Assembly: GCA_046543235.1 (NCBI GenBank) | Contig: JBKGZT010000020.1 | Location: 1-22,261, forward strand | From: Candidatus Acetothermia bacterium | Lineage (GTDB): Bacteria > Bipolaricaulota > Bipolaricaulia > M55B111 | Direction of reading: 5' to 3' | DNA length: 22,261 bases | In this document: positions 7,770 through 16,131 of the stretch, piece by piece | How positions within the stretch are numbered: position 1 is the first letter of the stretch | How the letters are laid out: the number at the start of each line of letters is the position of its first letter | Made by a program: the position numbers and the translations under genes | The notes under the pieces: generated by a model | What the model was told of the DNA's origin: nothing | Database searches by the model: none | Seen by the model: the letters and a program-made list of their open reading frames with translations, nothing else

Positions 7770-9620
7770 CTATCCTTCTCTTATCTCGGGAAATTCCATC
7801 GCGGACATGAACTTCTCGGTAAAGTCCGTTCGGAAGGAGAGCTCGATGTATTCCACTTCCTCCGTCAGCTCTTCCAGTTCTTCCTGTTTCTCCTGGCTGA
7901 TAAGGGCGAGTTTCGCTCCCTGGCCGGCCGCGTTGCCAATCGACTTTATCCTGTCGATCTCTATCCTGGGAAGAACCCCTATACGGAGGACATTCTCCTT
8001 CCTGAGGTAGTTTCCAAAGGCTCCGGCTAGGTAAACCCTGTCTATATCGTCGACCACGGCCCCTAATTCATCAAGCATGATGTCTATACCCGCTTTAATT
8101 GCTCCTTTTGCCAGCTGTACTTCCCTTATATCTTCCTGGGTGACGAATACGGGGTTACTGTCAACGTGGAGCCAAAAGGCCTTCTCGTCCCCTATATCCA
8201 CCATCCTATTCCCCAGGGGGTTGATGGTGGGTCGGGAAAGACTTGACCTATCGGAAACGATATTACCCTTCTCTTCTATCAGGCCCGACTTCAGCAGTTC
8301 ACCGACCGTATCAACTATCCCGGACCCGCACAGGCCACGCGGGGAAGCCCCCTCGATCACTTCCAGGTCGAGCTGTCCCTCATCGTCGATTCTCACGTGG
8401 GAAATTGCGCCCGGCCTGGCGGTCATACCCTGTTCGATATTTGCACCTTCGAAAGCCGGTCCAGCAGCTGTAGAAGCCGCCACCATCCGGTTCTTATTTC
8501 CCAAAACCATCTCCCCGTTCGTTCCTATATCCACCAGGAGGCTCAGTTGATCCGTCTTATGCATCCCAGTATGCAATATCCCTGCCGTTATATCGGCACC
8601 TACGTAACCCGCCAGCGACGGCAACAGCACTACCTGACCCCTCGGATGGATATTTATTCCCAGCTCCTCCGCTTTTAGCTTCTGTGAGCTGGTAAAGCCC
8701 GGAATATATGGTGCCTGATCCATTTTAGTCGGATCCACACCCGCCAGAAGATGAAGCATTATCGTGTTACCGACAAAGGTCGCCCTGTAGATGTCGTCCG
8801 AACCTATTCGTTCCTCCTCGACAAACTCCCGCACCAGCTCGTTTATCGCGTCTATCACCTCTTCCTGCAGGTGTCCCAGCCCGTCTTCGTTCTCCCGTGC
8901 GTACTTTATCCTCGATACGACGTCCGCGCCAAACTTGCCCTGGGGGTTTTCCCTCGAATTCACGGCAAGCGTCTCCCCGGTTTCCAGGTCCAGGCCGTAG
9001 CCGGCAACCGTAGTGGTCCCTATATCAAAAGCCATTCCGTACGAATCGTACTGCTTGTCGGAGGAATCTACGGAGAGGAGTTTCCCGCTGGGACCGTCGA
9101 CGGTCGCCGTGACCGAAAAATCGTTCTTTCTTAGTTCCTCCGGCAGGTTTCGAAGCAGGTCCAGAGGCACCTCCAGGTTTCCGCCGAGTGCGTCAACCAC
9201 GCGGGTCGAATCAGAACGCTGATCCCCCCTGCCCGGCTCTTCCAACTCGAGCAGACTCCTCTCTATCCCGCTGTTCGGCTCGACGTCCTTGAGTGGTTCA
9301 TCCATCTCGGCCTTGGCAGTTGCTTCTTCGGCCCCTCTGAGCGAGGGAACCTCGAGGACCAGGTCGGATTCGACCTCGAGGCGACAGGAAAGCCTCATTC
9401 CCCGTTCTAGTTCGTCCTCCGAAAAGAAGTCCTCCTCGGAGTCTGTGGGTTTCGGAGCACCTTCCAGGACGTGTACCCTGCACTTCCCACAAAGCCCCAT
9501 CCCACCGCACAGGCTTGGCACTTCGTATTCGTTTTCCTGGAGGGCTTTTAACAGGTTGGCGCCGTCCTGGACGGTAAACTTATTTCCGTCGTTCTGGACC
9601 ACTATCTCGTGTTTCTCCAT
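7770..9620 (-). CDS. ASKHA-family ATP-dependent reductive activator of corrinoid proteins (RACo/AcsV-like, DUF4445) with N-terminal [2Fe-2S] domain
   Basis: 'CGGMGLCGKC...RLSC' 2Fe-2S motif, 'FDIGTTT', 'GADVVSRI', 'DIGTNGE', 'AGPAFEG', 'GLCGSG', 'LAGAFG'. GAGGAGG RBS favours the ATG at 9620 (or 9623). Confidence 0.9.
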   Translation of the reverse strand: MEKHEIVVQNDGNKFTVQDGANLLKALQENEYEVPSLCGGMGLCGKCRVHVLEGAPKPTDSEEDFFSEDELERGMRLSCRLEVESDLVLEVPSLRGAEEATAKAEMDEPLKDVEPNSGIERSLLELEEPGRGDQRSDSTRVVDALGGNLEVPLDLLRNLPEELRKNDFSVTATVDGPSGKLLSVDSSDKQYDSYGMAFDIGTTTVAGYGLDLETGETLAVNSRENPQGKFGADVVSRIKYARENEDGLGHLQEEVIDAINELVREFVEEERIGSDDIYRATFVGNTIMLHLLAGVDPTKMDQAPYIPGFTSSQKLKAEELGINIHPRGQVVLLPSLAGYVGADITAGILHTGMHKTDQLSLLVDIGTNGEMVLGNKNRMVAASTAAGPAFEGANIEQGMTARPGAISHVRIDDEGQLDLEVIEGASPRGLCGSGIVDTVGELLKSGLIEEKGNIVSDRSSLSRPTINPLGNRMVDIGDEKAFWLHVDSNPVFVTQEDIREVQLAKGAIKAGIDIMLDELGAVVDDIDRVYLAGAFGNYLRKENVLRIGVLPRIEIDRIKSIGNAAGQGAKLALISQEKQEELEELTEEVEYIELSFRTDFTEKFMSAMEFPEIREG

Positions 9621-9860
9621 CATTTTCCTCCTCTTCCTCCACAAACCATACGTATCTTAAGTAATTTTGAATCAATCAAATGCACAATTAAAAGTTAACT
9701 CGAAGCTAGATAACTTCAAGTACTTTTCTATTTTTAAAGCTTTTTAATTTATAATCAAGATATGGCACGGATTAACAAGCCAGGGACCTTACGACGGAGC
9801 TTTCCCACTACGTCGGAAACGTATTTGTATCCACAGCGAGCTTCCGTAGGCCAACTGCTA

Positions 9861-10406
9861 TCACCGTGTAAGGGAACGGAGGAACCTATAAAGGTCCCTT
9901 AACCGCAAGAGCAAGGACTCACCCAAGCGATTCAGGCGGGTAAACCTGTACTCCCGGGTCGGGTCCAGGGGATCGACCATAATAGTGTACATACCGAGCC
10001 GGTTGGCACCAAGAACATCGGTGAATAGCTGATCCCCAACCATCACCGACTCCTCGGCTTCAACCTCCAGCTTGTCCAGCATCCTTTCAAACCCCCGGCT
10101 TTTCGGCTTTCCGGCATTAAATAAATGTGGGAAGCGGAGACCGGACAGGAACCCCTTTATTTCCGGCTTCCCGCTGTTGCTCAGGACGGCGACGTTCAGC
10201 CCCAGGGAGTCTACCTGGTTCAGCAGCTCCAGAGCTTCCGACTCCAGCTCCTCCTTGCCCCAGAGAGCCAGGGTATTGTCCAGATCAAAAATCACCGCCT
10301 CAAAGCCGGACTTCTTCAGCAGCTCGTAATCTATTTCCCTCACGGTCTTGGCGTTCTCGTCGGGGAAAAAATACCGAGGGAAGGATTTAGACTTAGACGT
10401 GACCAT
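9861..10406 (-). CDS. YqeG-family HAD IIIA phosphatase
   Basis: 'FDLDNTL', 'LSN', 'AGKP', 'VGDQLFTDVLGANRLG'. Start is ATG 10406 or GTG 10409 and overlaps the upstream gene. Confidence 0.9.
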   Translation of the reverse strand: MVTSKSKSFPRYFFPDENAKTVREIDYELLKKSGFEAVIFDLDNTLALWGKEELESEALELLNQVDSLGLNVAVLSNSGKPEIKGFLSGLRFPHLFNAGKPKSRGFERMLDKLEVEAEESVMVGDQLFTDVLGANRLGMYTIMVDPLDPTREYRFTRLNRLGESLLLRLRDLYRFLRSLTR

Positions 10407-10686
10407 CACTCTCGCCTTCGACCGAAATTCTCCCCACGAAGATGAAACGCCTGAGATCCCTGATTATCTCCACAGTTTTATTCAGGTACCCGGAAGAAGT
10501 CAATATCCTGAATTCCTTGTGACCCCGAATTTCCCTGTACTCCCTCCTCGCGTTCGCTACGCCGTCGTAACCTTCGATAACTGCATCCAGGTAATGGAGG
10601 TCTTCCTCTTCGATCTCGACGTAAACTTCCAGGGAATCCTCCGGCGGAGAAGGGAGACCGGCCAAAGTATCTTCTCCCGATTCCAT
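10393..10686 (-). CDS. Small conserved hypothetical protein, DUF4911-like
   Basis: 97 aa. 'VYVEIEEEDLHYLDAVIEGYDGVANARR' resembles the DUF4911 pattern as I recall it. Abuts the upstream stop (TAA-ATG) and overlaps the yqeG-like start. Confidence 0.65.
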   Translation of the reverse strand: MESGEDTLAGLPSPPEDSLEVYVEIEEEDLHYLDAVIEGYDGVANARREYREIRGHKEFRILTSSGYLNKTVEIIRDLRRFIFVGRISVEGESDGHV

Positions 10687-13146
10687 TTAATCCTGACCCT
10701 GATCCGAGGACTCGATACGACCGGACAGCTCTTCCACCCTTTCCTCCTTGAAGCCGGAATCCAGTTCTTTTAACCTGTTTAACCTCTCCTTGGCGGCCGA
10801 GTAATCCCCCTGGTCTATCCTTATCTCGGCTATCTCCAGCAGAGCTTGTTTCCCCACCTCGGATAGGTCTTCTTCACCGTTTTGCTCCTCGTCGGCCTTG
10901 AGGAGGTTTTGATAGAAGTCGAGCCGCTGGACCGATGTTTCAGCCAGCTCCAGTCCTTTCTGAAACGTCTCTCTGGCCTTCTCGTATTTGGTTCTGCTCA
11001 AGTAAACCTGACCCAGACCGGAGTAGGCCTCTCGCAGCTCGGTCTGATCTTCCGTCCTGTCAATTATCTCGCGGTACTGTTCTATCGCCGAATCGTAGAC
11101 GTGTTCCTCCTGGTAGGCTCGAGCCAGGGTGAATCTGGTTTCCTTATCCTCCGGTTCCTGGTCGAGTATCTTCTTTGATATCTCGATTCGAATTTCCGCA
11201 TCCTGCGCCCGGGCTAGACCCTCACGGTATTCCTCGAGCGCCCGTTCGGGGCGGTCCTCTTTCAGGAAATAATCGCCGCGCAGACTGTAAGCCTCACCGT
11301 TATAGGGGCTGGTCGAAATGACCCGATCCAGTTCCATCTTCGCATCTTCCAGTTCGCCGGTCTTCAGGTACACCCGTGCCAGACTGAGGGAAGTCTCCGT
11401 GTCCGACCGGACATTCAGGGCGTCGTTGTAGTATTCGATCGCCATATCCGATTCTCCCTGTTCCCGGTAAAGGTCACCGAGCCCCTTCATGGCGGAAAAG
11501 TTATCCGATGATTCCTCGAGTACTCTTTCGTAAATACTGGCAGCCTCGTCATATTGACCGGCCTGACTATAGGCACCAGCCAGCTTGTTCATGATGTTTA
11601 CGTTATCGTCGGACAATTCAAGGCCCTTACGATACTGGTTGGTCGCTTCCTCGTAGTTCTCGAGCTCGACTAGCATATCGCCGTAGTCGACATAGGCTGC
11701 CACGTATTCCTTATCCGATTCTATCGCTCTTTTAAAACTTTCCGCGGCTCGGGAATACTTCTTGTTTTCCGCCTGGTACCTCGCGAGGTAGTAGTTTACC
11801 TCCGGGTTTTGAGGCGCCAGATCTTTCGCCCGGTTTAACAGGTCGCCGTCTTTTGACTGAGTCTCCTTGATAACCTCAAGATAGTTTTCAACTGCTTTAC
11901 GCTCGTATCGTCCGATCTTTTCTTCCCGATCGCCGTTCTCGGAAGAAGAGTCGGATTCCTCCTTCAACCTGTCGATTTCTTCCTGGTACAAACGGCCTAT
12001 GTAATAGGGAATATACTGGTCCCGCACTTCGTTGCTTTCTTCTAACTCCCGGTAAGCCTCGAGGCCTGCCTGAAAATCATCCTGGGCCGTTCCATAAGCT
12101 TCTACCACCGGTAGCTGGATCTCTATCGATGCTTCGCTTTTTACCTCGTCGTACCAGTCCTGATACCTCTGGCTCTCCTCTTGATCGACGTAATCCTCCT
12201 TGATCTTTTCCTTGTTTTCCTCGAAGTCCTGGACCTGGCGTTCCTGTTTTTCCTCTACCTTAAGTATCTGCCAACCGTCGGACGTTCTTACCGGCCCACC
12301 GACTTCTCCCGGTTCCAGGGAGAAAGCAACTTCCTCAACTGCCTGGGGCTGTTCTCCTTTCTGGAGCCAACCCATATCCGCCTCCACTTCGTTCTCTTCC
12401 ACGTACTCCTGGAAGTAATCCGGATTTTCGTCTATTTTATTTTTGATATCTTTTGCCCTGTCCTCGGAATCGACTACGATGTGGCTCGCTCTAACCCTCG
12501 AGGGAGTCTGCACGTAAGTATCCATGTTCTCCTCGTAGTAGTTCCGAAGATCCTCTTCAGTTGGGTCAATCTCTCCTATGACCTGGTCCCTTACCTTCTC
12601 CCTGCTCAGCTGGGTCCGGATATCATCTTTCATGGTGGATTCGAACTCGTCGTAAGTTCTCCCCTCAGACGAAAGGGCACTTTTCAGCTGATCCAGCGTC
12701 CAGCCCTGCTGTTCCAGTAAACTGTCCAGCTGGTCGTCATATCTGCTATTCACTTCTCCATCGCTTATCTGGATTCCTCTTTCCTCGGCCTTCTGGTCAA
12801 TAAGCGCACCCTCGATCAGGGAATCCACCGCCTGCGATTTGATCCTGAGCTCGAAGAGCTTCCCGCTGGCCCCTTCGAGCATACTGGAAAAATCCTGGTC
12901 TAACTGGCTGTAGAGGGATTCCTGCCTCTGCATCAGGTTGTCGTAAGTGTTCTGAAATTCCGATTCCTTTATCTCGTCACCATTAACCACTAAAGCAACG
13001 CTGGTCCCGGATCCCGAGTCCTCGGAAGAGGAACCTCCTCCAGGTTGCATATACTGAAAGGCAGCCAGCCCCACGGAACCAAGGAAGAAACCAATTACCA
13101 TAATCCAGATTATCGTCTTTTTATGCCTGTCGAAAAACCTATTCAC
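10687..13146 (-). CDS. Membrane-anchored SurA-N/parvulin (PrsA/PpiD-like) chaperone fused to a long TPR array
   Basis: N-terminal TM segment, SurA-N-like 'VALVVNGDEI...LIDQKAEERGIQISDGEV', parvulin-like 'VRASHIVV...GEVGGPVRTSDGWQILKV', and many TPR-like repeats (e.g. 'AYVDYGDMLVELENYEEATNQYRKGLEL'). GTG start with GAGGTGA RBS. Confidence 0.85.
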   Translation of the reverse strand: MNRFFDRHKKTIIWIMVIGFFLGSVGLAAFQYMQPGGGSSSEDSGSGTSVALVVNGDEIKESEFQNTYDNLMQRQESLYSQLDQDFSSMLEGASGKLFELRIKSQAVDSLIEGALIDQKAEERGIQISDGEVNSRYDDQLDSLLEQQGWTLDQLKSALSSEGRTYDEFESTMKDDIRTQLSREKVRDQVIGEIDPTEEDLRNYYEENMDTYVQTPSRVRASHIVVDSEDRAKDIKNKIDENPDYFQEYVEENEVEADMGWLQKGEQPQAVEEVAFSLEPGEVGGPVRTSDGWQILKVEEKQERQVQDFEENKEKIKEDYVDQEESQRYQDWYDEVKSEASIEIQLPVVEAYGTAQDDFQAGLEAYRELEESNEVRDQYIPYYIGRLYQEEIDRLKEESDSSSENGDREEKIGRYERKAVENYLEVIKETQSKDGDLLNRAKDLAPQNPEVNYYLARYQAENKKYSRAAESFKRAIESDKEYVAAYVDYGDMLVELENYEEATNQYRKGLELSDDNVNIMNKLAGAYSQAGQYDEAASIYERVLEESSDNFSAMKGLGDLYREQGESDMAIEYYNDALNVRSDTETSLSLARVYLKTGELEDAKMELDRVISTSPYNGEAYSLRGDYFLKEDRPERALEEYREGLARAQDAEIRIEISKKILDQEPEDKETRFTLARAYQEEHVYDSAIEQYREIIDRTEDQTELREAYSGLGQVYLSRTKYEKARETFQKGLELAETSVQRLDFYQNLLKADEEQNGEEDLSEVGKQALLEIAEIRIDQGDYSAAKERLNRLKELDSGFKEERVEELSGRIESSDQGQD

Positions 13147-13230
13147 TCTCTCACCTCTTGAATATTTTCTATTTAATACCTATTTAAGCACAGAACCCTT
13201 CTAACCATTTACCTTTTATACTACTCGTTG

Positions 13231-13470
13231 TTATTTGTTATCGCCATCCAGGAACTTTGACAGAGTTTTATAAACGCTCAGTCCCCCGGAAAGGAGCCCC
13301 AGGACGAGAAAAACCAGCTTGAAGAGCTTGTCCGTTCCGACCTGGTTATCCAGCCAGTACCCTATCCCTAGGGATATCAGTACGGCAAATACGAAGGTAA
13401 ACCCTATCTGGCTTACCTGACCAGCAGTCCTGAGAGCAGTCTTCCATCCATCGTCATTCCTCTTGCCCAT
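13231..13470 (-). CDS. AtpZ/AtpI-family (ATPase gene 1-like) small membrane protein
   Basis: 79 aa, two TM helices around 'GIGYWLDNQVGT...FKLVFLVLGLLSGGLSVYK', the typical pattern of this family. Confidence 0.8.
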   Translation of the reverse strand: MGKRNDDGWKTALRTAGQVSQIGFTFVFAVLISLGIGYWLDNQVGTDKLFKLVFLVLGLLSGGLSVYKTLSKFLDGDNK

Positions 13471-13484
13471 CGAAGCGGAAAAAG

Positions 13485-13877
13485 CTAAATATCCAGGATA
13501 TCCTCTCCGTCTTCATCCTCCTGTGTATCCTCGTTACTTTCAAGTTCTTCCTCCCTCTCCGAGACTTCTTCCCCGTCCTCTTCTTTTCTGCTATCCTCGG
13601 AAGCCTCAAAAGGAAGCCGCGTCTTTACCTCCAGGCGCATCGCCGTCTTGTTCTCATCGTCTATCTTCACGTCGACAAAAGAAGGCAAAAAGACCAGATC
13701 CACCCCGCTGGGTGCCATATAACCTCGGGCGATGGTTATTGCCTTAACCGCCTGATTGACGGCCTTTGGTCCGATGGCCTGAAGCTCAGCCATTCCTTCC
13801 TCCCGAATCGTGTTGGCCAGGGCACCGGCAGTAGCAGAAGGGTCGGACGTCGAAGAGACTTTTAGGATTTCAGCCAA
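13485..13877 (-). CDS. spoVS: Stage V sporulation protein S family protein with acidic C-terminal extension
   Basis: 'ILKVSSTSDPSATAGALA...ELQAIGPKAVNQAVKAITIARGYMAPSG...TAMRL'. TTG start with AGGAGGTG RBS. Lies downstream of rny. Confidence 0.92.
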   Translation of the reverse strand: MAEILKVSSTSDPSATAGALANTIREEGMAELQAIGPKAVNQAVKAITIARGYMAPSGVDLVFLPSFVDVKIDDENKTAMRLEVKTRLPFEASEDSRKEEDGEEVSEREEELESNEDTQEDEDGEDILDI

Positions 13878-13935
13878 AATCCCACCTCCTTCGAGTTTTT
13901 CGGTGACTCCTTCCGGAAAGTTTTTATTTACGATA

Positions 13936-15462
13936 TCACTGCGCGGCTTCTACGAACTGGGCCTTGCGGATGACGTTGATTTTCACCTCGCCGGGGTAAT
14001 CCAGATCCCTCTCGATCTCCCTCGCTATGTCGTACGCGAGCTTGCTCGCCCTGTTGTCACTAACCTCTTCCGGTGCCACTATAACCCGAATCTCTCTTCC
14101 CGCCTGGAACGCGTTCGCCTTCGTGACGCCTTCGAACGAGCCGGCGATATCCTCCAGGTTCTCAAGCCTCTCGATGTACTTCTCGTAAGTTTCCCTTCTT
14201 GCCCCTGGCCTCGTGGCCGAAAGCGTATCTGCAGTTTGCACCAGTACCGGCAGGAGCGACTCCGGTTCCTCGTCTTCGTGGTGGGCCGCGATCGCGTTGA
14301 CGATGAGCTTCTTCTCGCCGTAACGTCGGGCAAGCTCGGCACCTATTTCTGCATGGGTGCCCGTAACTTCATGATCAACCGACTTCCCGATATCGTGGAG
14401 CAAACCAGCCCTCCGTGCGGGCTTTGGAGAGAGACCGATCTCTTCCGCCAACATCCCCGATATAAAGCTCACCTCCAGGGAGTGGCGCAGCAGGTTCTGG
14501 CCGTAGCTATTCCTGAACTTCAGCTTGCCCACCAGGGGGATAAGCTTCTGGGAGAGGTCGACACCCGTATCGAGAGCAGCGCCCTTTCCGGCTTCCTTTA
14601 TCCTTTCGACCATTCTCTCCCTGGCTTTTTCGACCTTTTCCTCTATCTGGACGGGATGAATCCTCCCATCCTTGACGAGCTCCTCCATTGCCAGCCTGGC
14701 TATCTCCCGCCGTACAGGATGAAACGATGAGAGAACCACCATTTCCGGTGTATCGTCGACCATGACCTCTACTCCGGTCAGTGCTTCAAACGTCTTTATG
14801 TTCCTTCCGTTTCGTCCGATCACCCTTCCTTTAAAATCATCCGACGGCAGCGAGACGGAAGTAACCGTATTACCTTCCGCCTGCTCTGCGGAGTACCTCT
14901 GCATGGCCGTAGCGAGGATCTTACGAGATTTTTCCTCGGCCCCCTCCTCGGCCTTTTGCTTTGCCTCGCTGACCTTGCGGGCGTAATACCGTTCCGTCTC
15001 CTCTTCAATTCGCTCCATCAACTCGTTCTTCGCTTCCTGCGAACTCATCCCCGCAAGCTCTTCCAGGTATTTCTTTTCCTTCCCAATCAGCTCCCGGCCT
15101 TTTTCCTTCAGCACCTTCAACTCTTCCTGGTCCTGCTTCAGCGAGTCCTCTATCTTTTCTAAATGGTTGCTTTTCTTGGAAAGCCTATCGGCTTTCCGCA
15201 TGATCCTTTTTTCCTTTTTATCTAAATCCTTTTCCCTGGCTTTGAACTTTTCTTCCAGTTCCTCCCGCTCTTCCTGTATCTTTTTTTGCCCTTCCAGTAC
15301 TTTTTCCTTCTTCAGGTTTTCGCCCGTTTTTCTCGCCTGTTCTATTATATCCGCCGCTTCTTCCGCTCTGTCGGAAAGCTTTTTCTCGTGATACTTCGTT
15401 CCGATATAAACGCCGAGCGAAAGCGACATGATCGCCGCCAGCCCTATATATATCGCCAGCAT
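13936..15462 (-). CDS. rny: Ribonuclease Y
   Basis: N-terminal TM, coiled coil, KH domain 'KGRVIGRNGRNI', HD domain 'SYGQNLLRHS...LLHDIGK...AHH...AD', 'RPGARRE', 'QAGREIRV'. ATG at 15462 with GAGGTG RBS. Confidence 0.96.
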   Translation of the reverse strand: MLAIYIGLAAIMSLSLGVYIGTKYHEKKLSDRAEEAADIIEQARKTGENLKKEKVLEGQKKIQEEREELEEKFKAREKDLDKKEKRIMRKADRLSKKSNHLEKIEDSLKQDQEELKVLKEKGRELIGKEKKYLEELAGMSSQEAKNELMERIEEETERYYARKVSEAKQKAEEGAEEKSRKILATAMQRYSAEQAEGNTVTSVSLPSDDFKGRVIGRNGRNIKTFEALTGVEVMVDDTPEMVVLSSFHPVRREIARLAMEELVKDGRIHPVQIEEKVEKARERMVERIKEAGKGAALDTGVDLSQKLIPLVGKLKFRNSYGQNLLRHSLEVSFISGMLAEEIGLSPKPARRAGLLHDIGKSVDHEVTGTHAEIGAELARRYGEKKLIVNAIAAHHEDEEPESLLPVLVQTADTLSATRPGARRETYEKYIERLENLEDIAGSFEGVTKANAFQAGREIRVIVAPEEVSDNRASKLAYDIAREIERDLDYPGEVKINVIRKAQFVEAAQ

Positions 15463-15504
15463 ATCTTTCACACCTCGCGAATTCGTCAAAAGGGGTCAGG
15501 ACTC

Positions 15505-16119
15505 TCATTCCACTCCTCTCCTTTCAGCGCCCCTCAAGTCAAGAAAAACACCTCTGTATTCCTCGATCCAGGTAGGTAGATCCTGAAGAACCAGCGTTCC
15601 AATCAGCCGTGGGTTTTCATCCGGGTTCTCCAGGGCACCCTGGAGTTCGTTGAGGAACAACCGGTTCTCACTGATGAACTTGGAAAACGAGCGACCACCC
15701 AGGTTGTTACTCCCTTCGCTGGTCGAGACCAGCTCTTCCAGCGCCAGGTTCAACCAGTGAAAACCCTCGAGCAACTGCTCGAGTTCTTCTTCATCTACTT
15801 CGGACAGTATATCTCCTTCTTCCGGGTAGGAAATTCCCTCCTCCCACTCGTCCAGATCATCCAGATACGATAACCCTTCAACGACCAGCTCGTCGGATAG
15901 GGCTTCCGTGGTTTCAGTTACCAGTTCGACGTCTTTTCCGATCAATTCCTCTTCCATCTTTCGGTCGAGTTGGTTTTGAGACAGGAATTCTCCTCCCAGT
16001 TTTATTCCGACGAGTCTCTCGTTAGTGGAAGATAGTTTTTCTTTGACTTGCTCAATCAGGGCACTTATCGTCTCTTTTTCTCCGATTTCGATTTCTCTAT
16101 CGCCAAATTGAATGTCCAT
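15505..16119 (-). CDS. Acidic hypothetical protein
   Basis: 204-aa ORF filling the gap between the MMPL gene (12 bp away) and rny, with composition like neighbouring genes. Confidence 0.8.
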   Translation of the reverse strand: MDIQFGDREIEIGEKETISALIEQVKEKLSSTNERLVGIKLGGEFLSQNQLDRKMEEELIGKDVELVTETTEALSDELVVEGLSYLDDLDEWEEGISYPEEGDILSEVDEEELEQLLEGFHWLNLALEELVSTSEGSNNLGGRSFSKFISENRLFLNELQGALENPDENPRLIGTLVLQDLPTWIEEYRGVFLDLRGAERRGVE

Positions 16120-16131
16120 GGTAAGCCAATT

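Noticed and set aside
9777..9789. B12-box-like AAGCCAGGGACCT near the corrinoid activator gene
   Set aside because: It is on the wrong strand for the RACo gene, and the preceding sequence is AT-rich with no cobalamin riboswitch core.
9827..9835. DnaA-box-like GTATCCACA near an AT-rich stretch
   Set aside because: A single box with one mismatch and no cluster or dnaA gene, which is insufficient for an origin.
13810..14730. 306-aa + strand ORF
   Set aside because: Antisense shadow of rny/spoVS with no recognisable motifs. The other short antisense and alternate-frame ORFs in the track were rejected for the same reason.
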